Shown here in pieces: positions 61,211 to 64,000 of a stretch of 64,000 nucleotides of DNA. Positions within the stretch are counted from its first letter, which is position 1. Every line of letters begins with the position of its first letter. The DNA is from Clostridiales bacterium (GTDB lineage Bacteria; Bacillota; Clostridia; Christensenellales; DTU072), in contig JAAYOD010000027.1 in the NCBI GenBank assembly GCA_012520515.1, positions 920 to 64,919 of the forward strand, given 5' to 3'. The position numbers and the translations under genes are program-made. The notes beneath the pieces are model-generated. The model was not told the DNA's origin, ran no database searches, and saw nothing but the letters and a program-made list of their open reading frames with translations.

Positions 61211-62704
61211 TTAAGCTTGAAGCTCCTTTCTCTTTGCAATTTCTGCCACTGCAAGCGCTTGTTTCTTTTCATCAAAGTCATAGAAAAATAGCGGAACTGC
61301 TGCAAGTAGCATACTAATAGCAGGAATAAGCACAGACACAATAAATATTATGTTTAGTCCCCTTTCATTACCACCTAAAGTAAATGTGTTTGCGTCGACT
61401 GCGTTTATGCCTGCCCAGCCCAGTCCAAAACAAGAAATTGTTGCGCCTATTGCCATACCTATTTTATTTATAAAGGTTTGCATAGCAAAGCATATGCCTT
61501 CAGCGCGCTCTCCTTCTTTCCACTCTAAGTAATCTACGCTATCTGCTATCATTGCATAAGATATAATATTTCCAAAGCCTTGCGGTATGCCAAGCAGAAC
61601 TAGTCCAGCTAGGTTAATAATAAGTCCCGCTGAGCTTCTCCAGCCCACGAAGTACATTATAAACATAACAACTGCGCCAAATATATGTGACCACACAAAT
61701 GTGTTTCTCTTGCCCCATTTTTTTGTGCACCACGGCACAAGCAATGACGCAATCAATCCGCCTGGCACAAGGGATAAAGTAATTATGGTAAACAATCCAG
61801 TACCCTGCCAACCTAAAAAGCTTACATTCATTGCTGTTAGATTGTATTGTGCAAAATAAATTCCTGAATACATATATAGCATTCTGCCACTGCCTAAAAT
61901 ACCAGATAGCACAATGAGCATTAGCGGCTTGTTTTTAAATACTAGCTTCAAATTTTGCCCAAGAGAGCGAACATCTCCTTCGTTGTAGTATCTTTCTTTG
62001 GTGTACTTAAAACCAATAAAAAAGGTAGGCGTAGCAATTATAACAATTATAATAGCTAGCCACCAATAATTAGCTCTAAGCGCCGCAGCGGCGTCTGCCT
62101 CCATACCCTTAATGATAGCCCCTGACGCATCTGTATAATTTCTTATCCAAAAACCTGATATATTGGGAACTAGTATAGATATAATTCCGCCGCCTACTGT
62201 ACAAAATAGCCTAGCTACTGTAAGCATTGTGCCTCTTTTGTTGGTATCGCTTGTCATTGCTGACGCAAGCCCCCAATACGGCACATCCACTATGGTATAT
62301 AATACGCTCCAAAATAGGTATAAAATAGACATTGTCCACACTGTCGATGTTGCGCTTGGCGACAAGGGCAAAAACAGCGTAACGGTTGATATTGCAATAG
62401 GGATAGGCATCCAAAGCAAATAAGGACGGCATTTGCCATGCTTAGAGCGTGTCCTATCTATTATGCTTCCCATAATAGGGTCGTTTGCCGCATCAAAAAT
62501 ACGGACTATTAGCATTATTATTCCTACTGTATATGGCGCAATCAACAAACCATTGGTAAAATAATAACTGATGTAAGAGCCAACCAAACCGCAAATTAGA
62601 TTTTGTCCCAGTCCAGCTAAGCTGTAAGAAAGTGCTTCCTTAGGTTGCATTCCTTCGGTATCATTTGGGTCAGTACCGAAAATTTTGTGTAAAAGTGCTG
62701 TCAT
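61211..62704 (-). CDS. Glycoside-pentoside-hexuronide (GPH):cation symporter family transporter
   Basis: 497 aa and polytopic. The GPH signature is DAANDPIMGSIIDRTRSKHGKCRPYLLW. An AAGGAG SD lies at 62709-62714. Confidence 0.8.
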   Translation of the reverse strand: MTALLHKIFGTDPNDTEGMQPKEALSYSLAGLGQNLICGLVGSYISYYFTNGLLIAPYTVGIIMLIVRIFDAANDPIMGSIIDRTRSKHGKCRPYLLWMPIPIAISTVTLFLPLSPSATSTVWTMSILYLFWSVLYTIVDVPYWGLASAMTSDTNKRGTMLTVARLFCTVGGGIISILVPNISGFWIRNYTDASGAIIKGMEADAAAALRANYWWLAIIIVIIATPTFFIGFKYTKERYYNEGDVRSLGQNLKLVFKNKPLMLIVLSGILGSGRMLYMYSGIYFAQYNLTAMNVSFLGWQGTGLFTIITLSLVPGGLIASLLVPWCTKKWGKRNTFVWSHIFGAVVMFIMYFVGWRSSAGLIINLAGLVLLGIPQGFGNIISYAMIADSVDYLEWKEGERAEGICFAMQTFINKIGMAIGATISCFGLGWAGINAVDANTFTLGGNERGLNIIFIVSVLIPAISMLLAAVPLFFYDFDEKKQALAVAEIAKRKELQA

Positions 62705-62734
62705 AATTCTCCTTTTGTATGCTATTTATTTAAT

Positions 62735-64000
62735 TTACGCCCACCTTTTATGTTTGCGTATTAGTCTTTTTCTTTGGCGTTTTGTTTGGCTTCTATACCC
62801 TAAAAATGTAATATTAAAGATAACAAGTATTGCTACTCCTACACCTATTCCAATGATAAGGGAAACTCCGTCTTTGGTGTATGCAGACGCAGATTTTAAT
62901 AGAGCAAATTCCATTGCTTCTGTTTCAAAGACAATATATCCATTTTGATATGTATGCTTAATCTCTGTAATATTTCCATCTACATTTGCCAAAACTCTTA
63001 CTTTCGATGTAGAACCTATGCCATCTAGTTTTATTTTTATTTGATTGCGGCCGTAAAGGCTCCTCTTTACGCCATCTATTGTTAAAAACATATTATAAAC
63101 GCCTAGTACATTTTCTACTACATCGTCTTGAGAGACAAGGTGTTTCGAGTATTCATCAACCGTTTTTTGACTAAAGTCTTGCACAAGCATTAAAGTTGCT
63201 CTTGGGTCAAAGCCCGTTAAATCTTTGCCTAGCATAGTAACAGTTGCTGTTGTTTTACTGCTGGAAGTGGACAAACTAAGAGGCGAAATGGTAAGTATTG
63301 CGTTAAGCACAAGATTGTTATAATTTTCTTTTGAAACAACAGCAGTTATTGGGTATCTGCCAATTTCCAAAATATCATAATCGCTGTAAGTAACTTCTAA
63401 TTCTCCCCAAACTTCTTTGTCGTACTCAATGCTTAATGAGTGAGTTTGTCCGTCATAGACAAAGTTTTGGTCATAAAAAGTAATGCCAGTTAAAGTGGCA
63501 GGCGTTATGGTATAAGTGCCATATACAAAGGAAAACTCATAATTTTTACTTGATGTTGAACAAGATATTTTTATAGGATATGTACCTACACTACTGCTAG
63601 CAGTAACTGAATGCGTAATCTCAACAAACTGAGAATAATATTCTTTATCTTTTTCTAAATAAAATCCTGTCACTGTAAAGGTAGGGCTTGATAGCTCACC
63701 AAGATATACACTTGATAAATTATCTGCTCTAAATTCTATATTTGCTTTAGTTATGTCCATAAAGCCGTTTATTGTCCTTATGGCATACTTGTTTGCAAAT
63801 GCTTCACCATCAGCTTTTGCTATAATTACATATCGCCCAACGCTTGAATCTAGCTTTGCTTGCTCTGTAATTATTACACTGTCTTTTATAAGAGAAACAT
63901 CTTCATTGTCTAAGTTTTCTATGTCAACTAAAATACTGTAGCCAAAGTCGCCATATTCTTTGGAAAAATCAATAACCTTAACAATTATCTCTCTTAAATT
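62735..64000 (-). CDS. MBG-repeat surface protein with C-terminal TM anchor (5' end outside the window)
   Basis: The ORF track begins at M (63760), but my translation of the same frame stays open to nt 64000 (...REIIVKVIDFSKEYGDFGYSILV...SSVGRYVIIAKADGEAFANKYAIRTINGFMDITKANIEF...). The K.YG..., G.Y.I, NY.I..G...I..A.L pattern is that of MBG (YGX-type) domains, and YTITPATLTGITFYDQNFVYDGQTHSL is another copy. The C-terminus has the TM helix SLIIGIGVGVAILVIFNITFLGY and a basic tail KRQRKRLIRKHKRWA. Confidence 0.7.
   Translation of the reverse strand, partial: NLREIIVKVIDFSKEYGDFGYSILVDIENLDNEDVSLIKDSVIITEQAKLDSSVGRYVIIAKADGEAFANKYAIRTINGFMDITKANIEFRADNLSSVYLGELSSPTFTVTGFYLEKDKEYYSQFVEITHSVTASSSVGTYPIKISCSTSSKNYEFSFVYGTYTITPATLTGITFYDQNFVYDGQTHSLSIEYDKEVWGELEVTYSDYDILEIGRYPITAVVSKENYNNLVLNAILTISPLSLSTSSSKTTATVTMLGKDLTGFDPRATLMLVQDFSQKTVDEYSKHLVSQDDVVENVLGVYNMFLTIDGVKRSLYGRNQIKIKLDGIGSTSKVRVLANVDGNITEIKHTYQNGYIVFETEAMEFALLKSASAYTKDGVSLIIGIGVGVAILVIFNITFLGYRSQTKRQRKRLIRKHKRWA

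Noticed and set aside
1-64000. rRNA, tRNA, CRISPR arrays, transposases, integrases, prophage genes, toxin-antitoxin pairs
   Set aside because: Intergenic regions are short (at most ~245 nt) and contain only promoters and terminators. There are no direct-repeat arrays and no cloverleaf-like GC-rich segments. No ORF has recombinase or transposase motifs.

Overview
AT-rich Bacillota (Firmicutes)-type chromosomal window, judged from synteny: mrnC-rlmB-sigH, greA-lysS, tmk-holB-ricT and ecfA1-ecfA2-ecfT-truA. One uninterrupted 36,105-nt gene (7462..43566, minus strand) fills 56% of it. It encodes a 12,034-aa lipoprotein-type giant surface protein with its own perfect TTGACA-17-TATAAT promoter, an AGGAG SD, a GTG start and a terminator. 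By eye the protein has four parts. About 16 divergent copies of a ~250-370-aa beta-rich module (signature h-I-Y-Y...L-Y-I-D-L-S-x-L-G) lie in two blocks. Between the blocks is a ~2,200-aa alpha-helical core with a 538/767-aa internal duplication. The last ~3,900 aa form a beta-sandwich/Ig-like tail. Upstream on the same strand are a 1,116-aa Big_2 + transglutaminase-like lipoprotein with an intact Cys-His-Asp triad, and a gene broken by a 1-nt homopolymer frameshift. Convergent with the giant gene is a compact six-gene operon (51..7240). It combines three TasA/camelysin-like paralogues carrying SipW-type signal peptides, a SipW-type signal peptidase, a membrane-anchored McrB-like AAA+ NTPase, and a McrC-N-terminal(DUF2357)-like protein whose nuclease half appears replaced by a ~400-aa E/R/K-rich helix. 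I do not know this combination as a described system, and it is the best candidate for something new, together with the giant protein. The rest of the window is ordinary housekeeping genes plus a GH31 hydrolase, a GPH symporter and a partial MBG-repeat surface protein. I saw no rRNA, tRNA, CRISPR array, transposase, integrase or phage gene. All family calls come from motif recognition by eye; no HMM or BLAST search was run.
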